Origin: a virus
Reading direction: 5' to 3' (one strand)
DNA: 64,000 nucleotides
IMG/VR virus record: IMGVR_UViG_3300027973_000030
Coordinates: 32,001 to 96,000 of that record
Shown piece after piece: positions 47,801-55,611 of the stretch. The notes beneath the pieces are model-generated. The model worked only from the letters and a program-made list of their open reading frames with translations. It was not told the origin of the DNA and searched no databases. The stretch's first letter is position 1, and every line of letters begins with the position of its first letter. Position numbers and translations under genes: made by a program.

Positions 47801-50800
47801 ATTAACTGACGGTATACAGAAAGAGGAGCACTTTCGTCTAAAGAATTTTTAAAACTATTTTTGTTTAATTTAACATTACCAATCTTATCTACATATAGCT
47901 GATTATAGTCTTCTATAGCACGATTAATTCTTTCAATTAAATCTGTAGAATCTTTTAACTGTAAAGGTTTATTAAAATCTGTAGATTCTGAAATAGTTAA
48001 TTTCATCCTTTTTGGATTTTTTTGACCCTTAGTATAGAAAGCAAATTCTATTCTAATATTTCCAGAAGGGTGCATTTCAAAATTAACTTTAAGTCCACGT
48101 TTACCTGCTACAGCTATATAAATAGAGTCATTAATTTCAGAGTTTATATCATTAGCAGCTGTAGGATCAATAGGACCCATGTATTTTTTCTTAGTTTCAG
48201 GATCTGTCTTCTCTTCTATGTTATTCTCTTTCAATACTTTAGACTTCTTGTTTAATTTATCAACAAGAATATCTAAGTCTTCAGATGGAAGTACACTAGA
48301 CTGTAATTCTATAAACTTAATAGCACCATTAGGTAAAGCTACTACTGCTACATAACGACCATAGTTTCTAAGCTTATCTTCACCACCTTCAAACCTAGCA
48401 GCTTCAATTCTTTTTTCTAACTCTTCAGTATCAACAGCATTAGTATGTGGAGACACAAGACTTTCTTCATACATACCATTTCCTAAATACTTAGTTCTGC
48501 GGTCAATAATATATGTGAACCCATCAATAGTGCTATGATCTAATTCATCTAACGATACTCTAGCGTTTTTATCTGTAGCAAAATCATACTCACCGGCAGA
48601 TGGTACAATGTTAAACAATGTATTTACCTCATCATTAGTTAAGGTAACATCTGTAGCTCCATCAACTAACTTATTAGTGATAGCACTATAAAACTTCATA
48701 CCTGAAATATAGTTCTCCTTAAAAGTTTGGAACTCTTTATTTACATCTTTATTCTGAGTATCAAAGATTTGTACAAATTGTTCTTTAGTAATATTACTTA
48801 ATGCAACTGGTTTACCAGCATTATCTAAATAAGTGTACCTATTATAATATGTAGCAAACCCAATAGTTTGACCACCATACATAATCTCAACCATGTATGG
48901 TTCTGGGTTCTGCTGTAGATGTTTATTTGGATCTTGACCATCTTGACCTGCTGCTAAAGTAGTTTGACCTAATGTACTATTCTTAGTAATTTTAATAGTA
49001 ACACCAGACTGAAAAGCTTCTTTAGAAGTATTATAAATAAGCTCTCTTAATCTTTCATTAGCTTGTTCTTGTTCCTCGTTCTTATTTCTTTTAGCATAGA
49101 TTCTATTAAGTTCATTAACTCTTTTTAATCTAAAAGCGTTAGGGTTTTCTGGTTCTATAGCAGATTCAAATGCAGCTTCTAGTTTATATCCAGCAAGACT
49201 TTCAATAGTAGTTGTGGATGTTATACCCTGCATAGGTTGAATAGTAATCTTCAACTTACCTTGAATATTCTTAGGAGCTTTTTGTGTAAGCACTCTAAAC
49301 TTCCTACCTCTTGAGTCTACAAGAATATCACCATATTTCAATGTTTGACCATCAAACTGATATTCAGTATACTTATCACTATTAACTTCTGCTAAAGCAT
49401 CAAAGATAACTTTAGCTTCTTCTATAGTAGGATAAGTAACAGCAGCTTCATAACGAGGAAACTTTTTAGCATCTAATGTAATATCTGTAACAGGATCTCC
49501 AGCTTTATTAACAATGTAATAGAACTTCCCTGCTTTAGGATCTTCTTCTTCAATAAGATAAATACCATTCTTCTTTTCAAGAACTTTAGCAGCTTCTATT
49601 AAGCCGTCTGGTACATCTTCTGTAGTATCTCCAGGTTGTAAAGGATCTTTCTTTTTTACAGGAGGTTTTCCAGTAAACTCATTGTTTACTTCCTCAATAT
49701 GTTCTTCATTAAGTTTCTTACCTGTAGCATCTATAGCTTCCATTAATCTTTGGTGCACCTTTACAAACTGTATAGGATTAGCCATAATATTATAAGCATC
49801 TACATACTCTTTACTATCATTGTTAAGATCAATATACTCTGTAAGATTCTTATAGATCTCTTGGATATCATCAGCTTTTACAACAGCATCTATACCAGAC
49901 TCTCTATTCTTAGCATTAATATACTTTTCAAAACTCTTAGAAGCTTTATTGTATTTACGTTTCTGTCCAGGCTCCATGCTCTTAAGACTCTCATGATGTT
50001 CTAACCACTCTTGTAAAGATTCTAATTGTTCTTTCTTAGATTTAAGAAGCTCTCTTCCTGCAGCATCCTTTTTTGGTACAGCAGTTAGGCCCTCAATCTC
50101 AGCTTTAAGAATGTCTATTTCTTTCTGTGTGTTTTGAATAACACCTAAGTTACGAAAAGCTGTACCTACAGAAGCACCAATTTGTGGTGTATTTGCCATT
50201 TCAGTTTGTAACTTAACAGCACGCTGAGCTGCTTTATGAGACTTGTAATCATTAGTAGCCATTATTTCAATAGCATCATCTAATGCACGCTTAGCCATTA
50301 AAGCTGTCTTACGTTCAGGTGTACCCTCTTTGTACATATCAACTAGTACAGAGTCACCATATTTATCTTTAAGAGCTTTCCAGTTTTTATGGAATGTCTC
50401 TACATCATCTGCAATATTATTAAAGAACTCTTTAGTTGATTTAATATTATCTGTAGTTTTATCTAAACCAAAACCTTGTTTAAACTCTTCATCAGTAAAT
50501 GCTTCACCATAACTACGTAATGTATCAAGAACTGATTCTGCCATGTCTGTTTTAATAGCAGCAGAAACCATCTTAGCAAAACCTGAATTCTTATTATTAG
50601 TGTAAACATATTGGTCTCTGTTTGCAACAGCTTCCTCCATGTTACTAGCCACCTTATTTTGTACTTTAATATTAGCTATATGTTCTGGTAAGAACTTATT
50701 AGGGTTATCATAGTATGCATTAACTTCTTTTACAGCTTCATTAATATCTTTATACCGAGATGCTCTTTGATCAGAAGTAGTAGCAGCATACATTTTAGCT

Positions 50801-52422
50801 TTGCCTACAGTATAGTTTATAGGTGATAGCATACGACCTGTTAAAGCTCCCATTAAGAAAGTCTTTAAACCTTGTATATTAGCTTGAGAATCAATAGCTT
50901 TATCTATTGATTTATCCATACTTGTACCTTTGTACCCATGGTATAAATCATAATAGTAATCTTGTAACGCTACATTAGAACCTTCTTGGAATAATTCCTG
51001 AAGACCTTCTGAAGCTTCCCACTTGAATACATTTTTACCTATAGATTTAGTAGCTTGCCATGCGGCTGTACGCCCACCAAAATCTCTAGATACTTGACCA
51101 AGTAAACCTAATGTTCCTAACTTACCTTTTGTATATAATTTAGTTGTTTCTTCTGCTGCTTCTTTACCAACACGTCTTCCAGTAACTTTTAATACATCAT
51201 CTGCAAATTCACCAGTGGCTCCAAATAAACCACGACTAGCTCCAAATTTACTAAACATGTTATCAAACTGTAAGCGGTTACTTAACATTAAGATACCTGT
51301 ATTAACTGTAAAGTTATCTTGAGCTGCCGCTTGAGCAGAAGATTTCATACGTTCTTCTAAAGCAAAACTAGGAGCTTGTCCTGTTCTATGAAGTTCTTCA
51401 TCATATAGTTTAGTGTATAATTCTCCATAAGTACCAGCAGCTTCCATACGAGCTTCAGTCATAGCCATATTAGCTTCTGCTAAAGCACGTCTTACACCAC
51501 CTATACCAATAGCTGCCATCTGTCCAATACCAGCTCCAGCTCTACCATACTTAGATAACATATATCCAGTATCAGCAAAAGGAACAAGTTGTCTTGCAGC
51601 TTGTACAAAACCTTCTCCTACACTACGAGCTTTCCATACAGGATTGCCAAGTCTAACTAAATCTGTAGCAATCTCAGCTTTAGTTATTACTCTTCCAAAA
51701 GTTGCAGGAGCTCTGATACCAAGTTTAGCTAATGAAAATTCTGTAGATAAACCAAATGTAATTAACTCTTCTGATAAAAACTGTCCAATAGTACCTATAG
51801 CAAAACCAGATTGCTGTAACATATCACCAAAAAACTTACGGTTAAGAACACCACTCTCAGATTCAGGTGTAGAATAGATAGCATATCTATTCATAATATC
51901 TTTAGTAGCTTTATCTTGCTCCATTAAATGTTCTGGAGTACCTAATAAATCTTGTTTAGCTTCATCCCAACTAGTACTATATATAGCATCTGCCATATTA
52001 CCCCAACCTTTCCAACCTTCTATAAAAGTATTACCTGCTAATCTAAACATTCCACTTAGACCATTAGACCATACATCTCCCCAAGTTTGATAAGCTCCAT
52101 ATTTATACTCATTATTAGTTTGACCACTTGGATCAAAACCTAATGCATGAAAATTATCTGAACTTTTATATCTATCTACCTGTGCAGCATCATAATCAAA
52201 AAAAACAGGTGCTGATAATGTATCTAAACTAGTAGCTTGGTTTTTAAAAGCATTAAGACCGTTTTGTACAACATCACCTATAGGAGCATTATTAGATTGT
52301 GCGTAACCGGGGCTACCCATCAAATCTAACATACTTGTGTTATTTTGTGGTAATGAAAGTATAGGATCTTGAGAGTAAACTCCTTGTAATTCTTGAGGTA
52401 TTACACCAGTTTCTAATGCCAT
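38884..52422 (-). CDS. giant virion-packaged DNA-dependent RNA polymerase polyprotein (crAss-like)
   Basis: RIPSQ...GADFDIDK catalytic motif (42508-31), HEAFH zincin motif (47155-69), 4512 aa. Confidence 0.9.
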   Translation of the reverse strand: MALETGVIPQELQGVYSQDPILSLPQNNTSMLDLMGSPGYAQSNNAPIGDVVQNGLNAFKNQATSLDTLSAPVFFDYDAAQVDRYKSSDNFHALGFDPSGQTNNEYKYGAYQTWGDVWSNGLSGMFRLAGNTFIEGWKGWGNMADAIYSTSWDEAKQDLLGTPEHLMEQDKATKDIMNRYAIYSTPESESGVLNRKFFGDMLQQSGFAIGTIGQFLSEELITFGLSTEFSLAKLGIRAPATFGRVITKAEIATDLVRLGNPVWKARSVGEGFVQAARQLVPFADTGYMLSKYGRAGAGIGQMAAIGIGGVRRALAEANMAMTEARMEAAGTYGELYTKLYDEELHRTGQAPSFALEERMKSSAQAAAQDNFTVNTGILMLSNRLQFDNMFSKFGASRGLFGATGEFADDVLKVTGRRVGKEAAEETTKLYTKGKLGTLGLLGQVSRDFGGRTAAWQATKSIGKNVFKWEASEGLQELFQEGSNVALQDYYYDLYHGYKGTSMDKSIDKAIDSQANIQGLKTFLMGALTGRMLSPINYTVGKAKMYAATTSDQRASRYKDINEAVKEVNAYYDNPNKFLPEHIANIKVQNKVASNMEEAVANRDQYVYTNNKNSGFAKMVSAAIKTDMAESVLDTLRSYGEAFTDEEFKQGFGLDKTTDNIKSTKEFFNNIADDVETFHKNWKALKDKYGDSVLVDMYKEGTPERKTALMAKRALDDAIEIMATNDYKSHKAAQRAVKLQTEMANTPQIGASVGTAFRNLGVIQNTQKEIDILKAEIEGLTAVPKKDAAGRELLKSKKEQLESLQEWLEHHESLKSMEPGQKRKYNKASKSFEKYINAKNRESGIDAVVKADDIQEIYKNLTEYIDLNNDSKEYVDAYNIMANPIQFVKVHQRLMEAIDATGKKLNEEHIEEVNNEFTGKPPVKKKDPLQPGDTTEDVPDGLIEAAKVLEKKNGIYLIEEEDPKAGKFYYIVNKAGDPVTDITLDAKKFPRYEAAVTYPTIEEAKVIFDALAEVNSDKYTEYQFDGQTLKYGDILVDSRGRKFRVLTQKAPKNIQGKLKITIQPMQGITSTTTIESLAGYKLEAAFESAIEPENPNAFRLKRVNELNRIYAKRNKNEEQEQANERLRELIYNTSKEAFQSGVTIKITKNSTLGQTTLAAGQDGQDPNKHLQQNPEPYMVEIMYGGQTIGFATYYNRYTYLDNAGKPVALSNITKEQFVQIFDTQNKDVNKEFQTFKENYISGMKFYSAITNKLVDGATDVTLTNDEVNTLFNIVPSAGEYDFATDKNARVSLDELDHSTIDGFTYIIDRRTKYLGNGMYEESLVSPHTNAVDTEELEKRIEAARFEGGEDKLRNYGRYVAVVALPNGAIKFIELQSSVLPSEDLDILVDKLNKKSKVLKENNIEEKTDPETKKKYMGPIDPTAANDINSEINDSIYIAVAGKRGLKVNFEMHPSGNIRIEFAFYTKGQKNPKRMKLTISESTDFNKPLQLKDSTDLIERINRAIEDYNQLYVDKIGNVKLNKNSFKNSLDESAPLSVYRQLISGVNKPVVKNEGIFVYPKKQQISPSSNVIVPTSKPKVNQEPSDAALEGVVIPPAIAAAQAEFLARRKAEQKKTSAQDRLQELSDKKDALINEIEGELLKSGMKRVDVMKHNYNADPRVAAVNQEIAQINNSAALKVSDRLTGEDAVHINEFRKWAQQHLPEFISVEELSNMARKMKAEGVTVGMFYTHMNELNNRLEGKIAVGKNTPFKYHEAFHGIFRMLLTDQQIDKYLNIAKQELRQQGKSLSKLKQELIASKPEFYSKLTEEQLEERVYEEYLADKFDAWKSDIKTPTSAENKGFFRKLLDFIRSFFKNIKASPLDRLFQSIEKGNYKNAALATNRFTTGPNIAVTQTALKAIQIGYTVIDNEDGERERIPIYLSQQEGDVLASTIAAIYHRRMSEAGLTDHSVDIMDGVLADYANLYDRRINPYYQSDEFVERFENALAMQKAIEKLDQKYKIFSNPELIETLKDSIREHTRIMGYQEELESDEFDQQVDEYGDRVTTDNWKETYSIGGYGSLSKELRQYLSTITEETVDEFGNTRFVSEDGAPTEEVLIEAVNANVLYNGILKAVAGSTDQYQMLERLKIFAEHNPEARKFWTKFSNDVDLQYDEDGNFVDIGNKNQANLFQAVVKGFNQFSVDYYFINKDISKKETRVSEANRKGAARNQFSIWYNAFLRLYADQYADTPRDSESLSKFIKTKTVALDKLATILKKGNVYSKDVLTTQIDNIILSLKDELGISLSPLFVKYSYLSSVDTKDLTDDDLRILKAFEGTEVMTEDDAREIGAAIRSGKNPFGTNIDPDKIAESEQQVSTLTAAEEPKIQSEEDFENQEEDVEDDVDAAIGRLTKIAAGNAVFDEQVSSTSYKNAEGELVYSHQLPTFNLVRAAELQKEEFRNELKKNKFLATNHLLNSPFFNYIADTIKVSRIDGIKASSLTKNEDGTLTEDKRLNVNQNDGVTYGSMSDREFLISLFELYANNKKHVIPAADGQPRKEFMTSSVLLAVLEASNTADMLNLPVIRSVEYKKGEILLTKDAEKILFNEVKREFERIARVNSEIESGRYTNGIIEGYHNGEERGLKFIKMGNMLGSLTSTLEDAAKNSEDIAQYNDEILSAINKYWLGDGGQVDQMVKLLKDQGIIGVSEKDTLYSQLLNNYVFQGFKSNGKTDKDRNAMLNMVVGAAEHNIGQVLVNNFINTLSARQLFIGDAAENYKNDGGIDEVKRNKGLNGSGNNISSVVTASNLGINHTNTKSHVVTITDPQYKGKFSGKNKEKADAQMWMSVKALRYTLFGLGKLNQAQAELLDKIEKGQDVSVKDIFGERVKDKDGITRTRGGSITYNAQTNSIKLVYNDGKKYIKTSGIILTKQLTSLPQGNSWIARPGYEELHTLREKLEGYEAANETITFAIPKSASKGVKQNIASDVNSITNENFVEHDNNFWRLQLENPSNKLLITDPTQAKQLIIAEQSRDLIVNYQGEEMTLGQVIDNYLSDTEQRVKNNFFSARDEMFDIEGAFKELKKSLKQSQITPTLGKFLSKQVETLKSTGADPQLIEFFTPIKNKETGEYTPKYDLNHPITLDKFTQLFLAYFSKGVMSEKAPGHSLALASNYGMKVAKRVTRLDENGQPLSWEVITRRQYEKDRALLAEVKAAKRFNNDMDREFDGLKVGDIYIDDLRHNVPEFDEQGNITGYFTEYMMPPHFREDMRMYNEDGTISEAALKAFAVRIPSQDKHSFATTKLIDFLPAFYGSTAVFPHELIEISGADFDIDKVYMQIMDFYRKDGERVAYGTDKTKEGKFTEYVMYLQANNKTFKTKLVQLRDEAQDDEVYSEEGGIYDSFEELAKDLLTKSLESMMIENALKELGLPSNADEYAKAVDQYGELNNGVLNNRILEAKIKLQNNDGVTKTKDGSIPSAFQVAEVQPLIDVVDNFIDRFPILRDVLVETGSDVDSMIGQYKAFKNNKEGARNIGPAVNSMLVYSVMNSFGKQTRIRETNGAGEEMFVLTIDGHKFNSYEYNKAYNKDTDTYEGERIFYHISAIVSAMTDNAKERLAARLGLNINAVGVVSNMVALGVPLETALMFNLQPSVREFYKRIEVASKKIKTTQEEKLIKSQVGDKLLEELASKLSKDSGVQDITTDLLENNIKSAGTNSDVDFAVFNSFLQFYNQTEYYSAVAQVLKLSKGLGTSNESIDKIEEKEEMLGLNMGDVDFAKSKIPFDVRQVLTGKEAAKPHHNITANYIRIKNQIKELQKSVFTEKTYIFQRLKNTILNNLQVTKKETETFNTTLKRDIIAYLGIKAYVQYLKVNGKGAKLAGLDNAMIYDAEAVSRGDGFMDIIDTVKSIRQQLPKNYFANKFLNIIPVKLYDANSSQEYYNAKSRGGINTVESNTWAKLGEYEQNRIADSFIEIYSNPKTRQLAYNMFNYLIVKDGGQFKSGSFIKFIPPAMFKELLDATGVSHQLLKEDALINDNEKYKEIFGATAMELFNQFTGLYTTNINNAFNIKRVYAGAKPSTEVEKNKPKGYVPEVILQSEDNSILAIDLFGGIRKPEMMLLTDQYGNEFIDEVIATGKFEQKDLDKLNYNKEVLKANGFKLTNRPDDKGNNRYYIELPYTIKIVTGQKGVNEKAIFYKLRSTAKKVDTATAFSRTTRILKREDLKKNPGTLYVFGDNDQRSGLGGQAKEMRGEPNAMGISTKKAPNMDDSAFKSDNQFEENARIITADIDNIIAAWNTGKYNKLLVPPIGVGLAKLSEKAPRTFEYLNAELTRLQETVTKSTPTEGIGSFIKEVGDTIALSNTAIYEKFDPTGSKKQWKVGGLTGEMPTNVVLRNRQAANSKKYGLDDSISKAEASIDNIIGNINPVLTSQEAYELQQDWGIRIQFIGNKITFFKVENGKNTPYQTDITEPAELLRMLNQAPREETTSPKAMKNTFKATEETDIKVPNFEVDPEEAKKNMKILLEARRKELDERKKEDDAGCEAAG

Positions 52423-52451
52423 GAATATATCTTTATATAATTAATTTACTA

Positions 52452-55400
52452 CTACTGCTTTATTAGATGACTTAAACCAGCTTGTTTTAAGGCATTTTTA
52501 GGGTCCCAAACTGTACCGCCATTAGTTCCTTTTACTTTATCATATTCTAACTGTACCCTTCTATTCTCTTGCATATTTTCATAATATAAAGATTTTAACT
52601 TTCCAACAATTTCATCAGGTCCTTTAGCGTTTTCACCTGATAGATTTATTGTACTAAGATAAGACTTTTCTTCTACACTAGTATCTACTCGACCAGTTTG
52701 TGGATCTTTTTTATTATTTCTAACTTTATATCTTAAATCTACAGTAACATATTGAGGAGCTGCATCAAGACCTGTAGTATTAGGAGTAATTAAATATTTA
52801 AAACCAGCAGCTTCTAATATAGAATCAGACTTAATTTCTTTACCTCTAAGCATAGCACCATATACTTGATAACCTGTATTGTTAGGAAGTTGATCAAGAA
52901 GTGTACCAGTATTTTCTTTAAGTATAAAATTAACTTCTGTATCTTTAGTTATAGAACTTAAAGATTTACCTCCCACCTCATCTTTTGATTCTGAAGAAAT
53001 TGGTTTATTAAATATAAATCTAAAGGTTTTTTTACCATCAATACCTTGAGGTATATATTGTCCCACTCCATATTCTTCTAAATTCTTTTCACTTGATAAT
53101 AATGCTCTTACAGCAGTTATCATTTCAGTATCAAGTACTTTACCATCTTTATCAGTTACTTTATCAACATTACCTGATTGAACAGATTGGTACATTTGCA
53201 AAACTGCAATATCACCATTACCCATTGTTTTATTTGGCATTATATTAAAACTAAAAATACCACCTTGTCTACCAGTCATATTTTTGTACATTAATAAATC
53301 TGGTACTACCAACAAGTTTGCCGCTTTAATTTTTTTAGAAAAATCTTCTGAGGTACCAAACTTTGGAGTTAATACATTATTATACATATCATTCCATAGT
53401 GCTTCAGTATTACCTATCATGCCCCAAGCAGTTGATGATTCTTTACCATCAACTTTATTAATCCAATATATATTATCATCTAATACTATTTCACCTTGAC
53501 TAGTTTGATTTAACTTACCTTGCATATAATATCTAGCTACATCTTCTTTTGATAAAGTTTTTGTAGTTCTATCAGATTTATTAAACAATTCTAAAGAAGG
53601 CATATCAGCAGCTAATTCAGATATTGTTAATAAACTAGCTTTACCATTAGAATTCTTTTTAACTACCGATGCATACTCAGGATTATTAGCTAATCTATCT
53701 TGCATTAATTTTTGTCTATTATCTTCATTAGCATTATAAGTATCTAACTGTTCAACAGCTAATCCATATCTAATCAAAGCTTCTTGTTCTGATTCAGTAA
53801 ATGGAATATCAGAACCATCTGCAGCCACTGTACTACGTTGTTTTAAATAGTCTTCAGTATAAGCCATTAAAGCTCTTCTTACTAATCCTGTATCATCTAT
53901 AGTTAATTTTTTAGGATTAATTCCAGATACTTGTACAGCCTGACTAGTAAGTAAAGCTGCAGTTAATTTATTACCAGCAGCAGTTTGTGCTGCTGTAGCA
54001 ACATAAGCACCATCAGTAGCTACTTCTTTTTGCATCAATGTAGCTACTTCTGATATCTCCATTTGAGATAATCCTAGTTTAGTAGCAAAACCAAGAACAC
54101 CACGTTGATCAAATATTAAATTATGACTTTGTATAAAACTTTGTTTTTGTGTTTTATTCCAAGCATCATAAGCTGTTTCAGCATTTTTAGTAATATCTAT
54201 ACCAGAAAGTCCTATGTAACTTAATGAGTTATTTACAGGTTCTCCACCAGGTCCAGGTTTAGGAACTATGTTACCATTAGCATCTACTATTGTTTCACTA
54301 CCACCAACTTTTTTAGGGTTAGCCATTTCCCACAACTGTTTTTCTCTTTCATATCCAGCTTTCATTACCTCTAATTCAAATTTTCTATTATTTAAATCAG
54401 CAGTAGAAGCAGCTACCCAAGCAGAATTTTCTTTTATAAGTTTCTGATCTATACTTGCTCTACCTGAAGACCAGTTATTAACAAGACGTTGCTTAGCTAA
54501 TACAGCAAAATATTGATTAGGTGCATTACTTACATATTCAAGTGTTTTGTCTTTACCTTGATCAAACCCTTTATACTCTTCATTGATAACAGCTTTTTTT
54601 GCTATTAATTCTGAACGTTTTGATACAAGATTATCAAACATAGCTTTATTATTAGGACCACCAGTTTGACTAATAGAAGTTAATAAACTATCTATTCTAG
54701 CCATCTCAACATCAACTTCTTGATGTCTTTTAGTAAATCCTTGATTTAATTCAGCAACTGCATCTTTAGCAATTAAAGATTTAATTTCTACATCTGTAAG
54801 ATTAGGATTACTTTTTTTTAAAATTTTAATACGCTCTTCATTTTCTACTGTACCTGTTACATTAAACTGTCCTTGAAAGTTATTACCAATCATGGCAGTT
54901 GCCCATGTAGCATATTTCTTTTCAGAACGTTCACCATTTTCAGTTGAAATTAAATATGGTCCATCAGGACTATCATATTTAACTTCAAGCTTGTCAGCTG
55001 CAGCCATTTTTTGTAGGTAAGCTTCTATATTAGTAAAAGGTTCTGCTTTACGCATTTCTACAGCACTAAAAGCTTCAGGAGTTCTATCAGCATTTTGTAA
55101 CTTACTTAAACCATTCTGAAGATACATCATACCAATGTTATTGTACTTTTCACGATCTTCAGGTTTAGCTGAATCTTTCCAAGAAGCATACTTTTGTATT
55201 TCATTTTGATAAGACTTAGTCATAGCAGCATCTTGTACTATAAACTTGTCTTGCCAGAAAGGAGCATATATACTTTCAGCTGCATTTACATTCTCCATTA
55301 AAGAAAGATCAGATGAAGATAACTTAACAAGTTTTTCTTGTGCATCTTTAATATATTGATCTCTAAGAGGAATATTATTCTTATTAGAAAGTTGTGCATT

Positions 55401-55553
55401 TAGTACCGAGCTGTACGCTGATTTAACTTTACTAGCTCCCTGTTCAAACAGAGATTGCTTCCTCTGAAGCATCTTGTCATAGAAGTTAAAGTCCGGTTTA
55501 TATAAAGCCGGTTCAGGAAAGGTCTCTGGTATATAAGGAAGGTATTGTGCCAT
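52452..55553 (-). CDS. virion cargo / ejection protein
   Basis: 1033 aa with N-terminal YKPDFNFY..L..KQ and coiled coil; position upstream of the RNAP gene is typical of crAss-like cargo genes. Confidence 0.65.
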   Translation of the reverse strand: MAQYLPYIPETFPEPALYKPDFNFYDKMLQRKQSLFEQGASKVKSAYSSVLNAQLSNKNNIPLRDQYIKDAQEKLVKLSSSDLSLMENVNAAESIYAPFWQDKFIVQDAAMTKSYQNEIQKYASWKDSAKPEDREKYNNIGMMYLQNGLSKLQNADRTPEAFSAVEMRKAEPFTNIEAYLQKMAAADKLEVKYDSPDGPYLISTENGERSEKKYATWATAMIGNNFQGQFNVTGTVENEERIKILKKSNPNLTDVEIKSLIAKDAVAELNQGFTKRHQEVDVEMARIDSLLTSISQTGGPNNKAMFDNLVSKRSELIAKKAVINEEYKGFDQGKDKTLEYVSNAPNQYFAVLAKQRLVNNWSSGRASIDQKLIKENSAWVAASTADLNNRKFELEVMKAGYEREKQLWEMANPKKVGGSETIVDANGNIVPKPGPGGEPVNNSLSYIGLSGIDITKNAETAYDAWNKTQKQSFIQSHNLIFDQRGVLGFATKLGLSQMEISEVATLMQKEVATDGAYVATAAQTAAGNKLTAALLTSQAVQVSGINPKKLTIDDTGLVRRALMAYTEDYLKQRSTVAADGSDIPFTESEQEALIRYGLAVEQLDTYNANEDNRQKLMQDRLANNPEYASVVKKNSNGKASLLTISELAADMPSLELFNKSDRTTKTLSKEDVARYYMQGKLNQTSQGEIVLDDNIYWINKVDGKESSTAWGMIGNTEALWNDMYNNVLTPKFGTSEDFSKKIKAANLLVVPDLLMYKNMTGRQGGIFSFNIMPNKTMGNGDIAVLQMYQSVQSGNVDKVTDKDGKVLDTEMITAVRALLSSEKNLEEYGVGQYIPQGIDGKKTFRFIFNKPISSESKDEVGGKSLSSITKDTEVNFILKENTGTLLDQLPNNTGYQVYGAMLRGKEIKSDSILEAAGFKYLITPNTTGLDAAPQYVTVDLRYKVRNNKKDPQTGRVDTSVEEKSYLSTINLSGENAKGPDEIVGKLKSLYYENMQENRRVQLEYDKVKGTNGGTVWDPKNALKQAGLSHLIKQ

Positions 55554-55563
55554 AGTTTACATA

Positions 55564-55575
55564 TATAATATACAA
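55564..55575 (-). promoter_or_regulatory. candidate late-promoter motif TTGTATATTATA
   Basis: 10 nt upstream of the ATG at 55553; identical to 16361-72. Confidence 0.45.
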
Positions 55576-55611
55576 TAAAATCTTTAAAGTTTAAAACTAA
55601 ACCTTAAATGT

